Shown: positions 38,141-49,100 of the stretch, one piece after another
How the letters are laid out: each line of letters starts with the position of its first letter
How positions within the stretch are numbered: position 1 is the first letter of the stretch
Source: Trichoplax adhaerens
Taxonomy: Eukaryota; Animalia; Placozoa
DNA: 64,000 nucleotides
Assembly (NCBI RefSeq): GCF_000150275.1
Contig: NW_002060943.1
Span: 13,118,313-13,182,312, forward strand
Direction: 5' to 3'
The notes under the pieces: model-generated
Databases searched by the model: none
Told to the model about the DNA's origin: nothing
The model's input: only the letters and a program-made list of their open reading frames with translations
Program-made: the position numbers and the translations under genes

Positions 38141-38699
38141 CCCTTTTGACGACGGTAATGGAATATGTAAGAGCAAATTGTTGTAAACTTCTTACCGCAG
38201 CACTGGTATTGGTAGAAATGTGGATTTAATTGATCAATTTACTCTGCCTTCCATATTATTAAACGTAGTCCATCAGTGACTGTATGTAGACTAAACGAAA
38301 CTAATTGAATGCAATGATGATTGAATTATTAATGGTCAATTTAATGTATTTAGCGATAAATAAACACCTACGTTCGCTTCAGATTTATTCCGCATGGATA
38401 CCCTGTTGACTGTCTGAACTCATGCTCGTACTTGAACATGATTTTCATGTTTTGCATCGATGATGGACTATCTGTTGTTGATTAAAGAGAGTTATTTAGA
38501 ATGGCAGTCGTATGAATTGAATTCATGCTGCGTTCAAAGGGTTAAGGTACAGACTGGAGTTGCCCTTACCGTAATATTGCAGTATATTTTCCTGGAGTAA
38601 ACTAAGATGGGTGTTTACAAGTATATCACAGACCCAGAGCCTAGAAATCATTCGCATCCTTGTCAAGCCTTTTGAAAGGGAAGGGAGCAGCAATGACAA

Positions 38700-39840
38700 G
38701 GATGAAATGGTACCATCGTTTTTATAGTGTTCAACTCTGAGGCAACCAAAAGCTGCTTAGGAAAGAGGTCATTCTCTCTTTATTTACAATATGCTAAAAT
38801 ATCAACTGCAACTTGCAATCTAGGAAATGATCAGTAAAAGGATTTGTAAGAGTGCCGTTGGAAATTGCAATAACGTTGTCAAATGGTACCATCATTTTTA
38901 TAGTGTTCAGTACTAGGGCAATCAACAGCTGCCTAAGAAATAAGTTCTTCTCTCTTTATTTACAGTATGCTAAAATATCAACTGCAACTTCCAATCTAGG
39001 AAATGATCAGTAAAAGGATTTGTAAGAATGCCATTGGAAATTGCAATAATGTTGTTAATCGAACCTTTCTCAGGTCTAGTTCAATACCGGGACAATCGCT
39101 TAGGGAATAGTTTATTCTCTCTTTCTTGACTGTATGCTAAAATATCGACTGCAACTTGCAATCTAGGAAAGGATTTGTAAGAATGCCATTGGAAATTGCA
39201 ATAACGATGTTAACCGAACCTTTCTCAGGTCTAATTCAGTACCGGGGCAATCACTTAAGGAATAGGTTATTCTCTCTTTATTGACTGTATGCTAAAATAT
39301 CAACTGCAACTTGCAATCTAGGAAATGATCAGTAAAAGGATTTGTAAGAGTGCCGTTGGAAATTGCAATAACGTTGTCAAATGGTACCATCATTTTTATA
39401 GTGTTTAGTACTAGGGCAATCAACAGCTGCCTAGGAAATAAGTTCTTCTCTCTTTATTTACAGTATGCTAAAATATCAACTGCAACTTACAACCTAGGAA
39501 ATGATCAGTAAAAGGATTTGTTAGGATGCCATTGGAAATTGCAACAATGTTGTTAACCAAACGTTTCTCAGGTCTAGTTCAGTACCGGGGCAATCACTTA
39601 GGGAATAGTTTATTCTCTCTTTATTGACTGTATGCCAAAATATCAACTGCAACTTGCAATCTAGGAAATGATCAGTAAAAGGATTTGTAAGAATGCCATT
39701 AGAAATTGCAATGACATTGTTCAATGATACCGTCATTTTTATAGTGTTCAGTACTAGGGCAATCAAAAGCTGCTTAAGGAATAATTTCTTCTCTCCTTAT
39801 TGACAGTAAGCTAAAATATCAATATGAACTTCCAATCTAT
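38700..39840. repeat. Satellite-like array of ~7 units of ~155-177 bp in two subtypes
   Basis: Core (A/G)ACTGCAACTTGCAATCTAGGAAATGATCAGTAAAAGGATTTGTAAG recurs at about 38803, 38980, 39148, 39302, 39478 and 39645. Confidence 0.93.
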
Positions 39841-40158
39841 AAAGTCTTCAATGGCAATATTTATATTAATTTCTATCACTTTAGAAGGATAATTTTACTT
39901 TATGTGCACCAGGAGTTTCTGACGAGACTATAAAACGCCGGTGCCTGAATACCACTTTTTAGTTAATTAGTCGGTTAGTTAGTCAATTGCTATTCAATTG
40001 CCTGCTAAAGGGTTGCATATGAAATTCTCAGTAGATTTCTTCTCAAAGTCAATACTGTAGTACCTAACAGAAACAGCAACTATTCCAACTTGGAAGTTGC
40101 AAACTACACTGTAATTAGTATAAACTCCATGCACAGATTTTTTAGACGTGCAGTAAAA

Positions 40159-40170
40159 AGGTCATGAACC
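40159..40170. promoter_or_regulatory. Nuclear-receptor-type IR0 (AGGTCA-TGAACC) upstream of SDR-3
   Basis: Identical to 36530-36541. Confidence 0.5.
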
Positions 40171-40484
40171 TAAATACGCGTATATACTATACAGTACGGT
40201 AGAATTTGTGCACTTGTATTGTCTGTCTCATCGTAACAGGTAAACATCGCTGAAGAAATAAATACTCTTCTGTACATATTTTCAACTGTTGTTTTCCACT
40301 CACCGGCAGTTCAATAATGTACTAAATCGATTCCAATAGTGCAGGAGAAAGTAGCGTATTTTAGCAGGAAAATCCTTACTGTTTTAGTGGCGTACCCCAA
40401 TATACAATCAATCAAAGCCACTTTCTGTTGTTTATTTGCAATTAAAATCCATCCTAACACCGACATTGAAATTGCTGAACTCAC

Positions 40485-41453
40485 ATGCCATCGACTCCTG
40501 AAATTGCTGCTGTAGTTGGTATCACTGCGATTTCTCTTATACTACTACGATATTTTGTGCAAGGTAGTATCTGTCGAAGTAAAGCTCGTCTGGATAACAA
40601 GACAGTCATTATTACCGGAGCCAACACTGGTATCGGGAAAGAAACAGCCATTGATTTAGCTAAACGAGGCGCTAGAATTATTGTAGCTTGTCGTAATGAA
40701 AGTAAAGGGACGACAGCTGCCAAAGAAATTATTCAATTAAGCGGTAATACTCAAGTTGTCTTTCGAAAGCTCGATCTAGCATCATTTCAATCCATACGTC
40801 ATTTTGCTAATCATTTTAACGAGAATGAAGATCGTCTGGATATTTTAATTAATAATGCTGGCGTTTTATGGTGTCCGTATATGGAGACTGAAGACGGATT
40901 TGAAATGCAATTTGGAACTAACCATTTAGGCCATTTCTTATTGACCAATTTATTGTTGGATAAGTTAAAGGCATGTGCACCAAGTAGAATCGTTGTAGTA
41001 TCAGCCAAACTGCATTCCTTTGGCAAGATGAATTTCGATGATTTAAATGGCAAGAAAAATTACAATTCTTACACGGCTTACTTCCATAGTAAACTCGCCA
41101 ATGTCTTATTTACACATGAATTAGCTAGAAGATTACAAGGGACTGGTGTGACAGCTAATTCATTACATCCAGGTGCAGTCAAGACTGATATTGCTCGTCA
41201 TTTATCAATCTATCAAAACAGCTTCTTGAACATTCTAGTACAGCCTCTTTATTGGCTTTTCATAAAAACGACAAAGCAAGGAGCTCAAACATCAATTTAT
41301 TGTGCAATCGATGAATCTATCGATGGTGTTACCGGTAAGTACTTTGCCGATTGTCGAGAAGCAAAGTGTGCACCACAAGGACGTGATGATGGAGCTGCTA
41401 AAAAATTGTGGGAACTAAGTGAAGAGATGACTGGACTTTGCAAAAACCATTAA
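40485..41453 (+). CDS. RDH11/12/13-like SDR (SDR-3), intronless, recent duplicate of SDR-2 with catalytic Ser replaced by Ala
   Basis: Nearly identical to SDR-2, including ~400 bp of 3' flank; VVVSAKLHSFG instead of VVVSSQAHFHG. Confidence 0.96.
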   Translation: MPSTPEIAAVVGITAISLILLRYFVQGSICRSKARLDNKTVIITGANTGIGKETAIDLAKRGARIIVACRNESKGTTAAKEIIQLSGNTQVVFRKLDLASFQSIRHFANHFNENEDRLDILINNAGVLWCPYMETEDGFEMQFGTNHLGHFLLTNLLLDKLKACAPSRIVVVSAKLHSFGKMNFDDLNGKKNYNSYTAYFHSKLANVLFTHELARRLQGTGVTANSLHPGAVKTDIARHLSIYQNSFLNILVQPLYWLFIKTTKQGAQTSIYCAIDESIDGVTGKYFADCREAKCAPQGRDDGAAKKLWELSEEMTGLCKNH

Positions 41454-42649
41454 TAACCCTTTTGACGACGGTCATGGAATATGTAAGAGCAAATTGTTGT
41501 AAATTTCTTACCGCAGCACTGGTATTGGTAGAAATGTGGATTTAATTGATCGTTTTACTCTGCCTTCCATATTATTAAACGTACTCTAGTCTATCAGTGA
41601 TTGTAAGTAGACTGAACGAAACTGATTGAATGGAATAATTGTTGAATTATTAATGGTCAATTTAATGTATTTAGCGATAAAATAAACACCTACGTTCGTT
41701 TCAGGTTTATTCCTCATGAATACCTTGTTGACTGTCTGAGCTCATGCTCGTACTTGAACATGATTTTCATGTTTTGCATCGATGATGGACTATCTGTTGT
41801 TGATTAAAGAGAGTTATTTAGAATGACAGTCGTATGAATTGAATTCATGCTGTGATAAAAGGGTTCCTTTCCGGCTTAGTACGTTACTAGATTAGCTATT
41901 CGTCCTACACAGCACTCCTTCAAGGCTGAGCTGAGATGGAAAATGATCGTTGCAAGCCTTATTTGTGGATGAGAAGCAACCCATCGCTTTTTTACTGGAA
42001 TGTGAATTTTTTTTTATGCGAAATACGAATAGAGCATAGAGAGAAATCAAGCCTGGACAACTCTGAGGTTCATGACGATAACAGTTGTCTACGTAAACCT
42101 CCTAACCAGCTTATTGGCGTTCTTTAACATGAGTTACTTTTCGCTAAGCCATATTGATCATCCACATTCTACTGCACTTCGTTTATAGACCCTATATAAG
42201 TCAGTTTGTAGATCCTTGGACCATGCAGAAAGACTGTATTGACATAACGAAATGAACGAGCATCATGACTATTTCAACCGTTTGCATCTCGTTGGATTCT
42301 CGTACGAATAGATTAAACCATATCGCATTAACTTGCTTCTTCCACAAATCAACCTTCATTTCCCTATCACTGCAATAAGAAAGTGAACTGAGTTGCTAGA
42401 GAATTTTATTTTTCGACTTTCACCATCAATCGAAGCGTTGCAGTTGGATATTATTGTAGCATCACTACGGAATGATACTGGACAACCATTTCCCTTTAAT
42501 TTTAATGTACAAACTGGAGTTGCCCGTACCATTGCAGCATATTTTCCTGGAGTAAACTAAGATGGGTGCTTACACGTATATCACAGACCTAGAGCATAGA
42601 AATCATTCGCAACCTTGGTCAAGCCTTTTGAAAGGGAAGGGAGAAGCAA

Positions 42650-43245
42650 TGACAAGGATGAAATGGTACCATCATTTTTTATAGTGTTCAGTAATAGGTT
42701 ATTCTCTATTTATTTAATGTATGCTAAACTCTAAACTGCAACTTGCAATCTAGGAAATGATCAGTAAAAGGATTTGTAAGGATGCCATTGGAAAATGCAA
42801 TAACGTTGTTTAACCGAACCTTTCTCAGGTCTAGTTCAGTGCCGGGCAATCAAAAGCTGCTTAGGGAATAGGTTATTCTCTCTTTATTTACGGTATGCTA
42901 AACTATACACCTAGATGTAAAACAGATGTCGTTAGTTTTGGCCTCGTTTCCATTATAGCACCAAGAAAAATGCGACATGTATTTTACGCATTTTTGTAAA
43001 CTGCAACTTGCAATCTGGGAAATGATGAGTAAAAGGATTTGTAAGAATGCCATTGGAAATTGCAATAACGTAGTTAAATGGTGCCATCATTTAATAGTGT
43101 TCAGTACTGGGCAATCAAAAATTGCTTAGGGAATAGGTTATTCTCTCTTTATTTACTGTATGCTATAAGCTGCAACTTGCAATTGAGGAAATGTTCAGTA
43201 AAAGGATTTGTAAGAATGCCATTGGCAATTACAATGACGTTGTTG
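42650..43245. repeat. Second array (~3 units) of the 38700-39840 satellite family
   Basis: Same CTGCAACTTGCAAT..GGATTTGTAAG core at about 42735, 43000 and 43170. Confidence 0.9.
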
Positions 43246-43886
43246 GAGTAAGATGATGTTTAGTCTTAACCATCCTAGCTGTTCATCACTCGTACCCTTG
43301 TGGATATTAGGACATTATCTGGATGAGATTTATTTCCAGCCACTTTTGCTATTCCTTATTTACTTTTTACAAGCACTGTGGAGGGGGGAATTGCATCCAT
43401 TCAATGGTGACATTCTTTTTGCAAGGCAAGGACTTGAACCTACTTTTACAGTAGTATAGGCAGCAATCCTGCAGTACAGTGCTACACCGACGTGATACAG
43501 CGACTGATGAGTTTAATCACAGCGCAAGTTCATCAGTCCTGTCTATCGCTAGCAAAAGTAATGTCACTCCTGGCCATCCAATACTGCTGGTATGACGTCA
43601 CACCGGCAAAAGGTCACGTAGCAGTACACAGGTCTACTTCGGACTAAAAGCAATGTTCATATTGTGTCATCAGCCAGCTGATTCTGCCTGTCAAGGAGCT
43701 CTTGTCACTGACTGTGTTTTATACACTCTACTACACTAGAGTACTCCATCACGGGTGCTCTCCCTTGCAACTAGATTGCCACTATTTAATTATAATAATC
43801 ATCATCACGACAGTTATCCGTCTTCCTTTTCCTTTCCAATCGAGTAAAATTGGCAAGTTTAAAATTGCTTCTGCTAATCATCCAAG

Positions 43887-44855
43887 ATGTTATCCACGCC
43901 TGGAATTGCAGCTGCTGTAGGTGTAACGAGCATTTCTCTGTTGTTAGTGAGAAATTATATGCAAGGTGGTACATGTCGTAGTAAAGCTCGACTGGATAAC
44001 AAGACCGTCGTCATTACCGGTGGCAACACCGGCATTGGCAAAGAAACAGCCATCGATTTAGCCCAACGAGGTGCTAGGATTATTTTAGCATGTCGTAGTG
44101 AAAGTAAAGGGACAACAGCAGTGAAGGAAATTATTGAATCGAGTGGAAGTAGTAATATTGTCTTTCGAAAGCTCGATCTTGCATCATTACAATCCGTGCG
44201 TGATTTTGCTAATCAATTTAACAAGAATGAAGATCGTTTGGATATTTTAATTAATAATGCCGGTGTGATGTGGTGCCCGTACATGGAGACTGCCGATGGA
44301 TTGGAAATGCAATTTGGCACCAACCATATAGGCCATTTCTTACTAACCAATTTATTATTGGATAAATTAAAGGCATGTGCACCCAGCAGGATTGTTGTAG
44401 TATCGTCGATAGGACACCGTGGTGGCAAGATGAATTTCGATGATTTAAATGGCAAGAAAAATTACAATTCTTACACGGCTTATTTTCAAAGTAAACTGGC
44501 CAATATCTTGTTTACGCGTGAATTAGCCAAAAGATTACAGGGCACAGGAGTGACAGCCAATTCATTGCATCCAGGTGCTGTCAATACAGATCTTGGTCGA
44601 CATTTATCCGTAAATCAGAACGGTTTCTTGCACGCTTTAATAGCACCTCTGTATTGGCTCTTTGTTAAAACGTCCAAGCAAGGAGCTCAAACTTCAATCT
44701 ATTGTGCAGTAGACGAATCTTTAAATGGTGTTTCAGGTAAATACTTTGCCGATTGCCGTGAAAAAGACTGTGCAGCACAAGGTCGCGATGATGGTGCTGC
44801 TAAAAAATTGTGGGAAATCAGTGAAGAAATGACTGGACTTTCCAAAAGTCAGTAG
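43887..44855 (+). CDS. RDH11/12/13-like SDR (SDR-4), intronless
   Basis: TGGNTGIG, NNAG, VVVSS and YFQSK motifs. Confidence 0.96.
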   Translation: MLSTPGIAAAVGVTSISLLLVRNYMQGGTCRSKARLDNKTVVITGGNTGIGKETAIDLAQRGARIILACRSESKGTTAVKEIIESSGSSNIVFRKLDLASLQSVRDFANQFNKNEDRLDILINNAGVMWCPYMETADGLEMQFGTNHIGHFLLTNLLLDKLKACAPSRIVVVSSIGHRGGKMNFDDLNGKKNYNSYTAYFQSKLANILFTRELAKRLQGTGVTANSLHPGAVNTDLGRHLSVNQNGFLHALIAPLYWLFVKTSKQGAQTSIYCAVDESLNGVSGKYFADCREKDCAAQGRDDGAAKKLWEISEEMTGLSKSQ

Positions 44856-45156
44856 TAATCCCTTGCGGAAAATCGGGACAAAAGACATGCAATAGTGAAA
44901 TTTCACCTTTGATTTCAGCTTACAAGTATAGCAATAAAGTCAACACACAAGAGATTTCTTCCTAGCTGATAGCGTATGCCAGTCTCTTCCATTTCTCTAA
45001 TCTACTCCTGTAGCCTACATTGCATTATATTGCTAATGAATCACATTTGTTTACAAAGAGAATCCTATAAATCTAGTTTAAAAATCTTTTATTTTATGCT
45101 AAGCCACGATGATACCGATTCGGAAATGACTAAAATGAAATAGCTCTAATGTTGGC

Positions 45157-45522
45157 GTGCTACTACTGCAGCCAAAAATTTGTTAGATGAGAGATTTTTC
45201 AATCTAAAGTTCATCTCTGATGTAATAATTATATTGTTTTAGCTTTCGTCACCTGTGTAGTATAGAAGTCTAATATTTGTGTGCTACTTCTGCAGCCAAA
45301 AGTTTGTTGGATAAGTGATTTTTCTATCTAAAGTTCATCTCTGATGTAATAATTATATTGTTTTAGCTTTCGTCACCTGTGTAGTATAGAAGTCTAATAT
45401 TTGTGTGCTACTACTGCAGCCAAAAGTTTGTTGGATAAGTGATTTTTCTATCTAAAGTTCATCTCTGATGTAATAATTACAGTATATTGTTTTAGTTTTC
45501 GTCACCTGTGTAGTATAGAAGT
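45157..45522. repeat. Tandem array of 3 x 124 bp
   Basis: GTGCTACT(A/T)CTGCAGCCAAAA at 45157, 45281 and 45405. Confidence 0.95.
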
Positions 45523-46134
45523 GAAGCTTACACGATTTGTATGTTAGCGTAATAAATGGTTATTTTCGATGTGTCATCTGTTTACAAATAGAATCTTATT
45601 AACGTATTATAATTTGTTGGGAATAAATTAAAGTTAGATTCAAAATTACAAGAACAAACAGATTATTCAACGATCGATCAAGCAAGAATACTTTTATTAG
45701 CAAAACCTCAAAATCTAGTAATATACAAGAGAAACAAACTATCAAACAGACGCAAACAGATGAGAATATCTTCTAGACTAGTCCATTCAACATCCTCATT
45801 TAAAATGTGACTGTTATTCATGGAAGGCATCGTAACCTTAGGCTTCATGATATAGTTGACAATGCCTTAAAACATTATTGTACAACTTTTTCGCCAGGAA
45901 TTTAATCGTATACGTAAGGCATATAAAATAACCCTTTCCATTATTGGTATCATAACATAAGAAAATTGGATGACTATTACTCAGAGTCTAGATTAGACAG
46001 CGCTGTCAAGCATAGCTGTATTCCGAAGCCAGCTGGTCATAGACTTGTATAGGATAGGATAGATGATTTATACATTACAAGTGATATAAACTGTTTATGG
46101 TAATAGTAAGACATTGCAGACTTCCATGGAGCCT

Positions 46135-49100
46135 TTAGATAATATCAATTTCCGGATTGTTCTTGAAAATAAACTCAGCCTGAAGTGATAAATATTAGAA
46201 ATAAGCATTTTCCAGTACTAAATAAATATCTGCTTGCTTCTATAATATTGAGCTAAAGGTTATCTTTGAGTATAATGAATTACATCTAAACTAATAAAGA
46301 TAATGAAAGAGGTGGAATAAAAGCTTAGTAAATTAATCTTTCTCAAAGAAATTCAACATCAGTTCAATACCGGTGCTGGAAATATATGATTCTCAGATAC
46401 ATTCTGAGAAAGCATGTAATAATTACAATAAATCAGCAATACTTATATTATTATTTAGCAGATCTACCGTATCAACAACTTCGCCAATCAACAGTAATCT
46501 TTAAGAAAAGCGACAAAATATGATAGTCTTTCTAGGTATTTATATTGCGAATATTATCGGATAAATTATAATATTAAGTAAGTATTTAAGAATGACCAGT
46601 ATCAAAATTGAAATTAATTCAGCAACTTATAAGCAGATGCAATTGATCTACAAGAAAGGCCAGAAAATGAACTTACTAAGTAATCGATAGGATCATCTGG
46701 TCGATGCCGGCAACATTCAATCAATCCTTGCGTTAAGGTAGGCAAAACATGTCTCATTAAATATCTTTTAATAGGCAGCGATCTGTCATCCAAAGCTTCT
46801 TTCTCCTGAGCAATATCTCGTTCTTTATTTGATTTCTATGGAAAATTTCGGGCTAGTTAGCTTTGACTGACAGGAATACATTAGAATCGATGATGATAGG
46901 CATTGCACTGACGTTATATCTACTCGTATATACAGTAATGGTTCTTAGCATGACTAAGAGTGTCATCGTGGCTATTTATATTACCGAAATAGCTTTTAAA
47001 GACCGAAGTTTAAGGAATAAATCAAGTGACATTAAGCGTTTTTCAGTATAAATTTTCGTATTAAATTGCAAAATATCTTAAATTAGCTACAAAAAAAAGC
47101 AGCTGGATATATTCTAGTATAGGTAAAGAATAGTTAGCATTATGTAGTCCTACGTTATGGCTCGATCTTATAGGCTCTTGGCAGTTATGCGACAACATGA
47201 TATTTATCGCTAATAACGATAGCATGAAATGATAGCATAGACACAGTCTATATGTAGCCTAATAGTACCGTATACTGTGCTGTACATACTATTTCAGACA
47301 TGAAATTGAATATTTCATTGGTATGTACTACTATAGCCAGAAGTTATACTGAATATATCACTTCATAGTAGATATTTTAACCATGTTGTGCTAATATCTG
47401 TATCCCGAAGATATTTACCCATATATCGTATTTTATCTGCTCTCTTTCTTCTATCACTTTCCTTTCCTTTTCCATTTGAAGACGGCGAAGATTCTCTTTC
47501 TTTGCCATCTGTAAACATATTAGTGGTTAGGCTACTTTCTATCATAATTTCACTTAATTTAATTACGTGCATATAATACTGTAAAAGACTTTGACTATTT
47601 ATTTTCACGGTATTTAGTAGTTGAACTCGTCTCTCTATTTCTGGCCGTGATGAATTGAATTACCGTTTCTCTAGCTTCTTTTTCAGCTAGCAAGGTTAAA
47701 TAATGTTCTGATTTCTCTATTAATATGAAATTAAATATGTAATTATTGAATAAAAGATATTTCAAAAAACTTTTTCAATGTTTTTGGTAATGTATTATAG
47801 ATATATATATATATATGTGCATTTAATTCGGTTTATATTTTCTGATAATAATAATAGTAATGAACTTTATTAGCCAACTTACCATAATGTCTCGGTGCAC
47901 CTAATAACTCAATAATGGTCCGAATGGTTTTATGACTATTATCAGATGGATCCTGTGTTAAATCTATTTGTGTACGAGAAGTAATTTATAGGCTGGTCAT
48001 TCGATGAAGCATCAAGCTATACAAAAATTTGTTATAGCACTTAAAATGTAGAGATATCAAACAGCAAATATCCGTTCTAAAAATGAGCAAACTCCATTAG
48101 ACTACGATGTAAAGAAATAAACTATTACCATAATGATCAACTCGGACTGCATAATCATCAAAGTAATGCTGAACAGTTTCATCCAAATTATCTTCGTGGA
48201 ACTTGACTAATCTTCGAAGGAATCCTAGTTTCGAATGAATGGCACATACGTACAGAAATTTAAATCTTCAATTTTGGTCCAATTACAATAGCTGATCTAG
48301 CGAATAAAATTCATCATCCGCAAAGTATATTTGTTCGTCGAAGAAGTTAATTACGTACTCTAGTATCTATCTTGGAAGTAGTAATTAATCTTTAAATCGA
48401 TACTCTGAATTAATCACATACGATTGCTGACAAAAATTTAATAACAATTAAAGATATATGAAGCTGATCGCCTAATTATTATTGCTAGCATCTAAAGGCA
48501 TTGTGAAAAAGCTTATCAATATTATCATCTTGCTCATAATTTGATGAAACTTTTAACTGAAAAACTGCGAACTTTCTGACAAATTTAGCTTTCTCACCTT
48601 CTTCAGTGCTATGGCTTCCACGCACGACTTTTTCTGGTAGATTCAATACACGATTTCTTAAATAATCATCATTTGCATCTAGCCAAATAACATTATCTAT
48701 ACCACCGGCAGTAAAGAATAAAGGAAATATTGCAATGACATTGGATTGATTATCAAAGCATGTAATTTATTTATTATCATTTCTCATTAAATTATTAATT
48801 TCTAGATACAAAGTGAACATGTCATATCCGTTTATAAAGTCAGTATTAAAAATTGGATTAATATCCTACCTGGCATGATTTCTGGGTCATAATCCAGGTT
48901 ATCATCTTCATTCGTATTTTCGTCACTATCGTCTAAGAATGAAATAATTATAAGTTAGAGATTAATAGATAACGATAGGTGCTTATTGCAGATCATGATT
49001 TATAGTATTTTGGTATCGATGGTAAGTATAAATAAACTTTAGAGATTCTTTAATGATCTATTCTTACTTTATACTTACTAGCAAACAAGTCCTGCGCTTG

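Noticed and set aside
32759-44455. Recurrent antisense ORFs over the SDR genes (32759, 35270, 37105, 37495, 40481, 40811, 44213)
   Set aside because: Shadow frames of the conserved SDR coding strand.
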